From positions 4,650,001-4,714,000 of the forward strand of contig JAQFVV010000002.1 of assembly GCA_028023455.1 (NCBI GenBank): a stretch of DNA of 64,000 nt. Reading direction: 5' to 3'. This document shows positions 50,299 to 62,653 of the stretch, one piece after another (position 1 is the stretch's first letter; each line of letters starts with the position of its first letter). Origin of the DNA: Epiperipatus broadwayi. Its lineage: Eukaryota > Animalia > Onychophora. Below the pieces are notes generated by a model. It worked only from the letters and a program-made list of their open reading frames with translations, was not told the origin of the DNA and did not search any database. Both the position numbers and the translations under genes were made by a program.

Positions 50299-53200
50299 TG
50301 CTAGGGCAGCTTTAGACACTAGATTTAAAAATACCAATCCAAAGCCAGCATTTATCTAAAAGTTATCTATTGAGTGGAAAATGTTGAAAAACATAGAATT
50401 GTTACCAAGAGAATTCCAATGATGATGCCATAGACATAATATTCATTTAGGGTTTTTCTTAAGGGGAAGTCATGCCTGAATGTGGATAATTGGGTTCAAA
50501 CCCAGTAATAATAAAATCCTGATAAATGAATATTCAGTAAGGCTCTCTGTGATAGGATTTAATTTATGGTAATCAGGAAATATAATCAGGTTGTCATATA
50601 TAAATATTGATAAGGCATATAATGTTTGATCTTCATCATCAAATTCGATTTTATTAGTAGATATATTGACAAAATATTATTTTTTAATTAAAAAATACTT
50701 ATATGCTAGAAGTATTGTTTGACTATGTAGAAATTTATTGCTGGTTAGTAGGTGTTATCATCATCAATTAAATAGTTCCCAATATATGCTCTTATGATAA
50801 ATAAATATAGATGCAGATGTGATATTTTTGTTCTCATGCTAAATAAAGATCAATGCAGATGTGGCATTTCTGCTCTTACATTGAAAATAATATGTGTGCC
50901 CACTGTTTATATTTTGATAAATTTGGTATGTTGCAGAGGACGTCTGGCATATGATGATTAATTTGCTACATATTATCCTATGTATTAATATAATATTTAT
51001 GGACATATATGTATTTATGCTTGCATCAAATTTTCAGATAGATCCATTAATAGAAACACATTGTTGCTATGCTCTACTAATGATGAGAATCTCAGTCACA
51101 TCCACCTGATCATACTTTGAATGTTATCATTTAGTAAATGTATTTCCTCACTCATGTCTCATCTTTGCCTCTTTATAGAGAACTGAATATGATATAGGGT
51201 AATGAGTTATAATATTATTGTTAATAGTAAATATAATATTCTTGCATATAGCAAGCATACTTTGCATGCTTAGATCACCACTCCATCATATTAAATTATT
51301 GATTTTTGAACTCACTCTTATTTGAATGTATATGAAGGGGTTAATGAATTATGATATATTCATGTATATGTGATACACATGATCAATATTTAGAATAGGA
51401 TTTATATATTAATGAAATTCATCTATAAGTGTAAGATAAATAAAGATACTCATAAAATTATGCTTTAATAATCAAATGAAAATTAGAGATATTTGATTTA
51501 GTAATTTGTTAGAGTGCATCATAAGCACTCATCCTATTTGTCATTTTATTTTTTGTAACTTTGGTGCTACCATTGTGAGCAAATAAACTACATTTATAGT
51601 TGTGGAATTATTGAAATATATTATTCAATTTATGTGTTAATAAATATGTTAATCAGTTTATTTTTTTTATCTGTTTCATTCCTAATTATCCACTGTCAGC
51701 TTATAGACTGACCATATTTACCCGGTTGATACTTGAATACTATTACATCAATTTATTAATTGAAATTATTTGATAAATGATATATTATGATGCTAAATAA
51801 CACTGTAAATATTTAAATACTGTTTGATATTAAGCTTTCTTTTGGTTACTCTGTTATTTTAGTTTATGCAGATTTATTGATTAAAAATATATAAAAGTAA
51901 TATAATTTAGATTATATATTTTTCAGATAACAATTTTAATATGATAAATATTTATGTGAGATTTATTTTTAAAGATAATATTTGTGTCTATTATTGAAAT
52001 ATTTTTAAATTTTAAACAATTTACAATTTTTTGATATTTCATCTTAAATATCTATCTGATCTGCAATTACTATCAAATAAAATAACATATATCTTCCATC
52101 AATGATATATCCGTAAGACCATTTCTAATATGATAAATTAAAAATTGTCTTGTTACAAACAGTTCACATTAATCACTTTTTTCATATTGTGTTTTGAGAA
52201 TAACCACATTTTTGATTTTAATAAAACATAATGCATAATGTTATTACTCCTGACCATATAATTATCAAAAGTTTAGTTGGATAATAATGTGTGCCTTTAT
52301 ATACAAGCTTACATTTTTTGCTTTTGCAGAAAATTCCATACTACTAAATGATTAATAATGGAACTGTTTTTGTCTTGATAATAAATGCAACATATCTAGC
52401 TTATATTGTATTATGTATAAAAATATTTCTATATCCAAATATTCATATATTTACAAGGACAGTAACATTTGTCTAATACACACTCTTTAAAAAAGCTTAA
52501 TTGCTTATTGATACTAACACTTAATAATAAATATTTTTTACTAATTACCCATTAATTTCTCTGTCAATTAGGTGTTTCTTAGCAAATTACTTTAGGTTTT
52601 TATGTAACTAATGTTTTCTTTATTATTATCTCGTAGAGTTCTATAACCACCATTTTGTAGAATGTGACATTGTGCCTCAATTTAAATAAACATTTTTTTG
52701 ATATGTAATAAATCTTCAAAAGATTCTTAAACATATTATCAGTGCATTAAATACACATACAATTAAGACTTTATTAATCACTTTGAAAATTATTTAAATA
52801 ATTATGTGCAAATTAATCTTTAAAAGCAAACATCATATATCTTAGAATTTTTGATGATATAATGTCAAATTTATGATCTGAAGATTACAAAATTTCTTCC
52901 TAAGAAAAACCTTATGAAAAACATAGATCCCTTTGCTATGTGATGCTCACTATTTTTTGATAATCTCTTCATCATATCTATATTCATACTTTCTGAATAC
53001 AATTACTTGGTATTATATTTAACTATAACACTGTGATATAATTTCAGAATATACTATGTAAAATGTTTCTTTGCATATAATCATTTTTTAATCAAATATA
53101 ATGTTTTATTTAAAACAAAACAATGTATGGAGAATTAAACTTAAATTTTCTGCTATTTAGTATAAATATTTGAATCCATTATATAATAGTCTATTTGTTT

Positions 53201-53346
53201 TCTATGGATTCTGTGTTAATGTTTAAAAAAAATTTCAATTATCTCTATCATGATCTTTCTAAATAATTTTTAGTGCACTTAAAATAATTAATCAATGAAA
53301 AGCTATATCTTAACAACAAACTTCTGCAAGATTCCATGGTTTAGAT

Positions 53347-54314
53347 CAGGGGTGGGCGACAGCCAGCCCTCATGCTATATCTGGTCCATCCAATAAATGC
53401 TTAAATATAGAAAATCTATACCTGACTATACTCGCTGTAAACCACAATCTCTAGGCCTATTACTCACAGTTCATATAATGTTAACTTTATCCTATTGCCA
53501 TGAAAAATATAAAATACTACTTATAAACATTTTATTATAATTCAGTAAATTTAATCATAACTTCTAAAATACCAATTTTATATAACAAAATATAAAAATA
53601 TGGGAGGAATCACATCGCAACTAATGTTAATTTTTGTTTTTAAAAAATACTATATATTCTACACAGCATCCAAATATTATTTTCTAATTATTATTGGAGC
53701 ATCAATTGAACAAAGCTACTTTGAGTTTAACTTCTTATTGAAAAATAATATTGGTGCATGATATTTTATAACTAAGTTTATGCCTTTTCTAATTACTTCA
53801 ATTTTTAATTTAATATAATTTATAGCCTATAAAATGAAACAATTAAAAAAAAGAAAAATTGATATCAAGAATGCCACGTTTTCAATGATAATTGGACATT
53901 CAGATATTTATTTGCAAATATTAACGATAAAGCTGTTTGGTTTGTAATGAAACTACTTCTGTTTTTAAAGAATAAAATCTAAAAAGGCATTTTTCAACAA
54001 AACATTTCGTAAAATATAAACTATTTTCACTGGAACAAATGAAAATTGAAGCAGAAAACTAAAATGTGGTTTGCATAAGCAACAAAATAAAAATGTTCCA
54101 AATTGTAATTCTTATCTGTATCTATCTATAATCAATTCCTATTTAAATCATTAAATATTATATTTCCTTTTTTAAAAAATACATTAATAATTCAAGTGAT
54201 GGAACATTTTTTAAGTTCTGAATTTTTTTTGTTAAATTGTTCGAACTATTATGGTCCACATTATCAGACAAAAAATTTATTTGGCCAGCTGATGAAAAAA
54301 GTTGCCCACTCCTG
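53347..54314. mobile_element. non-autonomous hAT element, 968 bp
   Basis: TIRs CAGGGGTGGGCGAC and GTTGCCCACTCCTG. Flanks GTTTAGAT and GCCTAGAT match at 6 of 8 positions, consistent with a decayed NTCTAGAN-type TSD. Confidence 0.8.
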
Positions 54315-55856
54315 GCCTAGATGCACTTAAAAAATGAATCAATAAAATTATAGCATTTGAAGTAGACTTCTTGCGAGACCAACTTATATTTTCCAGATCA
54401 ACAATGAAAAAGCTGAAATCTCATTAAAAGATTATTTACAATGGTATTGTGCTTATTTGCTTTAGAAAAAGAAATTGTCAATTGACTTATGCGGCTGTTG
54501 GAAAACATCAATTTTAATCATATAATTGATGACAATGTAATTTATACATGCAATGGCTCAGTGTTAAGATTTTATAGAGACATAATTTGGAATTTCTAAA
54601 GATATTATTATAATTACTCTCAACATGAAAGATTAATGCAAAAATAAATAAATAAATGTCTTTTTTTTTTAAAGTAAAATGATGGAATACAATGATATAC
54701 ATATTTTGTTTTCAAAAAACAGTTATGTCTAAATATTTTATTGTATTTATTAGTATTTTAGTCACTACTAATAATAATTATCTATCATTTGCATTTTTTG
54801 ACAATTTTAGTCTCTGTTATATTATGCAAACTTTTTTCCCATCATTACACTTGGTCATTATTTTATAATTAATTAAATATTATTAAATTCAAATGAGATT
54901 GATTAATATTCAAAAAAGCTTTATATATATTCAAGCCAATAGTTTTAACATAAGTTATGGGAAGAGAAAATAACTATGAAGATAATAATAGAATAGTGGC
55001 AAACCTATTTAATTAATTTTTTAATGTTATTAAATCACTTGCTTTTATTGCAAATATAAGAAAATAATAATTGTGAAAACAATAAAACATAATTTTATGT
55101 CAATTACGAATGGCAGAATTAAGTGTGGAATTAGTGAATATGCTCATGTGGATGTTGAGTGGATGTAAACACACACACACAAACCTCCAATTGGCACATT
55201 TATTTATTGGACAAAACTAATACAAATAATAAATTTAAAAACTAAAATAAAATATTTTGATTAATTATTTTTTATTTAAAAGTAAAAAATTGAAATATAA
55301 ATATAATATAAAATCATTTATTTTATTTATGATGTTTGATTGGGAAAACAGAAGAGCATGAATCCTAAAATATAAAAAAAAACATTGAAGTGATAAAACA
55401 TAAATAGAGTTTGAGCTTTAGAATTGACAAACAAGAAAAATGTATTTTTATTTAGTTATTCTTTAAAAGTGAAAGAAGAAAAATGAAGATCTTAACTTTC
55501 TTCTCATCAATTACACTTTAAGAAACTGGAGAAATAAGCTAAGTTCTCCTTCATGATCTGATTTATGAAAACTTCAATTGTTAAGACAATTCAAAATCAT
55601 TAGAAACATATTATCAAAGCAATACTACTCTATTAATTAAATATCATTGGATCACTACTTGTGAATCATGGTGAGTCTGAAGATCTAAGCATATCAGACT
55701 AGAAATTTTTTTGCAACGTATCATACTAAAAATAACATAATGCAAATGATAGCACAGTCCTAGTTTTATGTTACTGTTGTTACAAAATAACTGCATAAGT
55801 AAAAAATAATTTAAGTGCATTTATTTGGTTTAAATAACATTTAAATCTTTAATTAA

Positions 55857-55928
55857 AATGGTACTTATCTATTAGCAGCTATACTGCACCACCAAGTAAT
55901 GTACAGCTGCTAGTAGATGAGTACCATT
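55857..55928 (+). other. 72-nt hairpin with 24-bp stem
   Basis: AATGGTACTTATCTATTAGCAGCT pairs with AGCTGCTAGTAGATGAGTACCATT. The only two non-Watson-Crick positions are G.U in the plus-strand RNA. Confidence 0.8.
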
Positions 55929-56692
55929 AAAACATAAATTTGTTGATATATATATATGTTTGACAAAATAATTAAATATAATCATGCTTATTTGAAAATG
56001 AATACTTTAAGACTGACATTATCATATTTTTAATACAAGCATGGACACACTAAAAAAGGTGAAGAAAACCCATCACTATAAATATTGATTTTGTCTTGAA
56101 ATATTTTTTAATGGATGTCAGTGGGCCTTCACATATTAAAAGGCATGATAAAATAATAATGCAACTTTACATTAAAACAAAATTGGGCATTAAAAGAATA
56201 AATAATTGTTATTGTTTTCTGACTTAAACATTAAGAAATGTGTAATCAATATGATATTGAATCTTCCATTAGAGTATAAAGACTTCAATATTTATAAATA
56301 AGTTAAATAAAGATATAAGTTTAAAACATAAAATTTTGTGATAGGATATAATATTCATGTGATATGTTGATTGCAATAAAATTAAAAATAAATGTTTATA
56401 TTTTTAATTCAATTATAAAGGAAAAGCAGATACAAAAATATTTATATTTTTTATTTATATGGTATGACATGAAATTATTTTAAAATATATTCTGAGAGAT
56501 AAACTATCTACAAAAAATCATCTGCCCAAATTCTGGAAAGAAAAATTTTCACAAAACAATATGTCACATAAAAAAAAATATATATATATAAGATAGGGTA
56601 TGAGCACAGACTTTCACATGACCCACCACTCTCCACCCTATCTCATAACACTGATACCCCTGAACACACATATGTCGAAAAGATAAATAATC

Positions 56693-56736
56693 ACCAATAT
56701 ACGTATTTCATGCTAAACCAACAATCATCAGTTGGT
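56693..56736 (-). ncRNA. hammerhead ribozyme motif (family B, inverted copy)
   Basis: ACCAA-CTGATGA-T-TGTT-GGTTT-AGCA-T-GAAA-T-ACGT-ATA-TTGGT. Confidence 0.7.
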
Positions 56737-57005
56737 CCAGATTATCATCTCTACACATATATGCTACAAGTGCTCAGATATATATTAAGATAGCAAATCC
56801 TCCTACTTTAATGGACAGGCTTCAATCTACTCCACACTCCAACTCTTCAACTGTCCATCCAATTAAAAATCTGATGATGGAATGCTCAAAGGCCACCCTG
56901 AGGCTGAGATTATTGTCACACCCATGTTGACCTAAGGTCAATCTGACCCCTCATGTACAGGACATAATCCATTAAATACATATACAAGGGATAGGCAGAA
57001 TCTGG

Positions 57006-57049
57006 ACCAACTGATGATTGCTGGTTTAGTATGAAATACGTATATTGGT
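57006..57049 (+). ncRNA. hammerhead ribozyme motif (family B), AUA cleavage triplet
   Basis: ACCAA-CTGATGA-T-TGCT-GGTTT-AGTA-T-GAAA-T-ACGT-ATA-TTGGT. Perfect 5-bp helix I and self-complementary ATACGTAT helix III. Confidence 0.72.
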
Positions 57050-58612
57050 GATTATTTATCTTTTCGACATATGTGTGTTCAGGTGTATCAGTGTTATGAG
57101 ATAGTGTGGAGAGTAGTGGGTCATGTGAAAGTCTGTGCTCATACCCTGTCTATTACATATATAGACACAGGTATATATAAGCCTGTATATTTCAGCTAAT
57201 ATATAAGATGAGTCAGAATGTGTGATTTAAATATGTGTCATTGTCTTAAGATTAATGAATTAATGTCTTTCAAATATGGATAAACTCAAGCATTGTCATG
57301 TAAATTTTCCTTCAATTCAAAAAAAGAAATTTCAACATGTTTATATATTTAATTTATCTTCTTTTAAATGATAGTAAGAAACTTCAAATTAAAGAACCAA
57401 ATTTAAAAGTTGACTTAAATAAAAATCAGCTCTTTAATACTTTGTTGTTATTGTTTTAATTTTTTTTATTTTTAGACAATTTTTATTTTTTATTACTTTG
57501 TGCATATTTCTGTAATAAAGTTATATAGCTTTAATTTCTTGATGGTTCTCATTTTCATTGATCTATTTATTTATTTTAATTTAGAAATTGATAATTATCA
57601 ATGTATATCAGTTAGTCAGTTGGGTTATATTTTAATTTTATGCTTTATTCATCATTATTAATATAACAATTGGGATTATGTTTTATGATTTATATTTTCA
57701 GTGTCCTTGCCATGTAAAATGGATAAGGAGATTTAGCAGGAACATACATTAGACAAATATCATGATTTACTTGACACTCATAAATTGTAAATATTTTTAT
57801 GTTAGGATGAATAACAAAAATTGGATTTATTAATTATATGTTTTATTATTCATGCTCTAGTAGATACATGATTTTTGATATGTGCTCACTATACATACAT
57901 GCATGTATAGAATTATTTAATAGGGTCTGTTAATAAATTGCTTTGTCCAGATGCAGTCATCTTACATAAAAGGAATCTCTCATCAAATTTTCTTTAATTA
58001 TATTTTTGATGCTATCCTTTTTAGATAAATTTGTTAATGATTATTAATAATCATGTATATTAGGCTAGAGATTATTATATTATTTTTATCTAGATATAAA
58101 CTTTAAAGCTTAGTTATGCCAGATGGTTATGTTTAATAAAAACAGATGTATTATTGTTTGTTTTTTTATTAAAATAACATCTTATTAATCCAATTTTGTT
58201 TTTCATTTTTTTACATGTATTATCTTTTTCAGATATATTTAAAACTTCAATTCTACATCACTTTCTTGAAACATATAATAAAGATATTAAAAAATATGCA
58301 GTACTGGTTCAACAAGAAATACATCTTGGGGATCGTTGATGTGTTTTAGATGTTTATATTCTATTGCTTCAGAAATGTATTGATGAATAAAATTTTAAGA
58401 ATGTACAAATAACATCTATTTCAATATTTTTTACTCTTTTTTTTGTCACTTATATCAGAGTATTTCTTAATTTTTCGAATGAAATTCTCACAGGCTAAAG
58501 TTCAAGATCTATGAATCATGATGAAACTCTGACACTTCCAGTGCTTAAACATCTTGAGAAATAACCTTAGTAACTGGACACATGACTATCCCCACTCTTC
58601 GTTGGTTTTATT

Positions 58613-59890
58613 TCCTGATGACCATATTGCAGGAAGGAACTATTGATTGGCATTCCCCAATGCAGATGTCACCCACCTACAACAATATTTCTTGCTCATC
58701 AGAGGATGTAGCACCATAGAGACTGGAAGCATCTAAAAATTTATGTGTTTGGTTTCCCAAATGGTGCCACTAGAGTTCCATCTCACTACAACCTTACTTA
58801 TCATCATCTGGTTATGCACAGGAGGTATGAGATTCTTGTGAGCAAAATGCAATGAATGACTAGTGATGCAAAATAGAATTGAACAACTACATTAATTTTA
58901 AGTAACAACAATTTTATTTAACAACAATTCATTAGCAAGTCCTTCTAATATAGTTCATTATTAATATCCAAGTGAAAACTCATTTTTTTAGTTCGTATAA
59001 TGAGAAGAAGCCTATAAATATTTCAGGTAGATTATCCCAGAGAAAACCCATTTTTTTAGTTCACATGATGAAAAGAAGTCTAGAAGCCACATTTCAGGTA
59101 GATATATGTATACAATTAATATATAAAAAGAAAGTTACTGTTAACACTAACTGAAATAATTATAGAAAATATACAAACCATTATACAATTACAAATATCC
59201 AGTAACACCCTCTGTTTAAAGATCTATATTTCAGTAAGCTATTATTGAAATATAGATCTTTAAACAGAGGGCATTACTGGATATTTGTTATTGTATAATG
59301 GTTTGTATAATTAATATATAAGTATTGATAATCGCATTTTGATGCTGATAGAAGCATTTCAGGTAGGCATTCAAATAATATATGTATTCATAATTATATT
59401 ATGATGTTAATAGAAGCATTTCAGGTAGATATACATATACAATTAATATGCAAATGTTTTTAACCATTTATTCCAGGTCAGTAGAAGCATTTTAAGCAGG
59501 TACACATACACAATTTACACATAAATGTTTTTTTTGGACTATTGATTTCAAGTCTATAGAAGCATTTCAAGTAGATGTGCAGATAACATCAGTATTGCAA
59601 TTATTATTCCAGGTATGTGAAAGCATTTCAGGTAGGTATACATATTATATTAATACATAAATGTTTGTAATCATTTATTCCAGGTCTGTAGAAACATTTT
59701 GAGTAGGTGTACAGCTAATATCAGTATTGCAATTATTATTCCAGGTATGTGAAAGCATTTCAGGTAGATGTACAGATAGTATCAGTATCGCAATTATTAT
59801 TCCAGGTTTGTGGAGCATTTCCTTTTATTATTTTTTAAGAATCATTATAGGTAAGTAAGCATGTAATATGAGCAATTCCAGATTTGTGGA
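58613..59890. repeat. unclassified repeat head (58613-58990) plus ~55-60-bp minisatellite (about 59020-59890)
   Basis: The head is colinear with 38785-39180. Downstream are about 12 degenerate units with core TTATTCCAGGT..GT.GAAGCATTTCAGGTAG. Confidence 0.8.
59170..59309. other. 140-nt near-perfect hairpin (68-bp stem, 4-nt loop) inside the minisatellite
   Basis: 59170-59237 versus 59242-59309 shows 4 differences, two of them a CA/TG pair at an inferred CpG. Confidence 0.9.
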
Positions 59891-61841
59891 GCATTTATAA
59901 TCCAATCAAGTATAGGTGTATATTTATACACATACGTTTTATTATTTTATTAAGATATCGATAACATGCACATAAGCATTTATGATTCATATAGCATTTT
60001 ATTATTTTTACCATATCTTTGATTTTTTTTATAATTGACATTTCCATTTAGCTGGTTCATTTGAAATAACTATTACAATTATTATAAGTATTTCTATTAT
60101 TTGAACATATCTTAAATTTTATGAAATAATTGGTGTTTAACTAATGAAATATATAACACATATATATGTGTGTGTTTGTAATTAAGTAATAATTTTCATT
60201 TCTTGTTTTCATTTTAAATAAAGATAATTAAAAAAAACTATCCGTTGACTTATATAAAATTTTATCTCTTTTGTTTTATAAAAATTAATAGCTATAATTT
60301 TAATTCATATTTTATTCAATTGAATCATTTCTAATTGCTTACCTCTAAATTCATGTCTTCATTTATTTCTGCATTACTAAATAACTGGGGGTCTGTCTTG
60401 AAGCTGAATGGTTAAAACTTCTGGGCAAGGCTTGCAGTTTGCATGTTTTGCAGATGGAGAGAAGACAATTGGTCTAGCCTACTGTCATATTAGGATGATT
60501 TTTGATTAGGCTGCTTGATGGTTCCATTAAGTCACTTTTTAGTAGTTTTGTAGCTAAATCTTTGATCAATTCATAAGTCTTGTATCTCTGAATCAATTAA
60601 TAATCTTCTACTGATTTTCCAGACTATATTTTTTTCTCTCTGACAAACAGATTTGCCTTACATGTCCCTTTTCTCCCATTGGTAGCAGTGCTTTTTCATC
60701 CTTATCTGCATTTTTTAATCCCCTAGATCATAGGACAGTTTCTCCTTGACAAGAATAGACTTTTAATTAGTGACTATTTTTAATTATCTGCCTTACATTT
60801 TTGGATTTTAATTTTTCTTATCCTGCAGCACAGTGATTTGTCATCTTTAATTTATATTACAGTTATTCTCATCTAGAAGTTTTCTTCAATCTGATTTTAT
60901 TTAAGTGTATTTTAACTTGGTGGTTTTAATAAAAATTAAAATTATACTTTTTTTCTCTTTTTAATTGCACTATAAACGTGTTTAATTTCTTTTAATTTTA
61001 CCAAATTATCATTTTCAATTGCAGTCAAATTTCATTATTTCTTCCTTTTCTTTAAAATATTTAGTTTTCCTTAAAATATTATTAGCCTTTTTTTAATATT
61101 ACTAGTCTGACTTGGTTTAACCTATGTCATTTTAATTTGAGGGGGGAGGAAATTTTCTAAACATATACACGAAACAGCATGTCTGTTTCACTATTTAATT
61201 ATATATGTTAGGTTTACTTAAAATATTTTAATTTCCATATTGTTTATCTTTTTCACTCAATTTATTGTTGATTTAATTGATTTGTTGTATTTGTAACTTC
61301 AGATATTTTTTGATAATAAATAAACATTAGATCAGAATAACTCAATATATATGTAGTTAATGGAATAAATCACTCTCCCCTTCATACAAATAACATTCTT
61401 TTGACAAAGAGTCAAGAATAGAATGGATTGACCTATTCCTTCAGCTGTTGATGTTTCTAAACTTATCTCTACCAACATTTATGGAAATATTGAATAAATT
61501 CAATATAGTAGAGGAAAATATATTGCTAATAATTATTAAATTAATTGGAAATTATTAAGGCATGTTTTATCTGGCTAATGTATTGAATTCACTCTGTATA
61601 ATTTGTTTATAACCTGAAGCATAGCATGGTGCTATAAAAATCTTAGACTTTTTTAGACAAACATATTTTATCTACTTCTATTATGAGAAAAATATGATCA
61701 AATACTACTTCTTATTGGGATTTTAAAGTAAAATATAGAATATGTTACAGGTACCTCTTTTTAATACAGTTCACAATAACATCTTTTTTCAAATTGTGAA
61801 AGAGATTAGCTGATTTATATTGTCTATTTATACATATCAAT

Positions 61842-62653
61842 TGTAATATATAAAGAGCCTGCTAATAGCTCTAAACAAGCTTTTTTATGATAAATGCTAC
61901 AGGAGAAAATACCTGAAACCTTTATCTATGATGGTCCCCATTCCCAGACTGGTTTTGGGCTATGGCTCTCATCAGTGAGGAGCTAGGACATTAGATTCAA
62001 AATATTAACTCAAGCCAAGCATTTATCTAATTCTTAAATATTAAGAAAAAGATCCAAATCTTCAGATACCTACGTGTCTTCAAATTCAGTTCTTTAACCC
62101 AAGAAACTATATGAGCCTGAACTAAATTCAGTGATCCCATATATTAGTAGGCTTAGCAATTTAATATAGCCAAAGTCCTGATAGCAAAATTATAATATTA
62201 GTAAAAATCATATTGGTAATACAAGCTATATAGGTCATGTGACATATGACTGATTTTTACTAATCTTATAATTTTGCTATTAGGGCTTTGGCTATATTAA
62301 ATTGCTAAGCCTACTAATATATGGCATCACTGAATTTAGTTCAGGCTCATATAGTTTCTTGGGTTAAAGAACTGAATTTGAAAACACGTAGGTGGCTGAA
62401 GATTTGGATCTTTTTCTTAATATTTAAGAATTAGATAAATGCTTGACTTGAGTTAATATTTTGAATTGAATGTCCTGGCTCCTCACTGATGAGGCCATAG
62501 GATGGGGACCATCATAGATAAAGGTTTCAGGTATTTTCTCTTGTAGCATTTATCATAAAAAAAAGCTTGTTTAGAGCTATTAGCAGGCTCTTTATATATT
62601 ACATATTGGTAATACAAGCTATACATGTCATGTGGCATATGACTGATTTTTAC
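61842..62653. mobile_element. large family A fold-back (arms ~350-370 bp) with two disabled hammerheads
   Basis: 61842-62210 is the reverse complement of 62251-62603. The left hammerhead (61943-61981, minus) has GAAA changed to AAAA. The right one (62481-62510) has lost ~18 nt including GAAA. TATTGGTAATACAAGC recurs at 62211 and 62604. Confidence 0.9.

Larger units (their letters stand above)
49735..50375 (-). mobile_element. tandem (1.5-copy) hammerhead-containing repeat, family A-related
   Basis: ATAAACAATGAGCATTG..AATTGCTCAA.AAGCTTTGTGATAAATGCTTAGCCAG recurs at about 49735 and 50158. Each copy contains a hammerhead. Confidence 0.88.
56595..57197 (+). mobile_element. family B fold-back element with two inverted hammerheads
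   Basis: Arms 56595-56743 and 56999-57147 (149 bp) are near-perfect reverse complements around a 255-bp spacer. Homology to the 6300 copy extends to about 57197. Confidence 0.88.
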
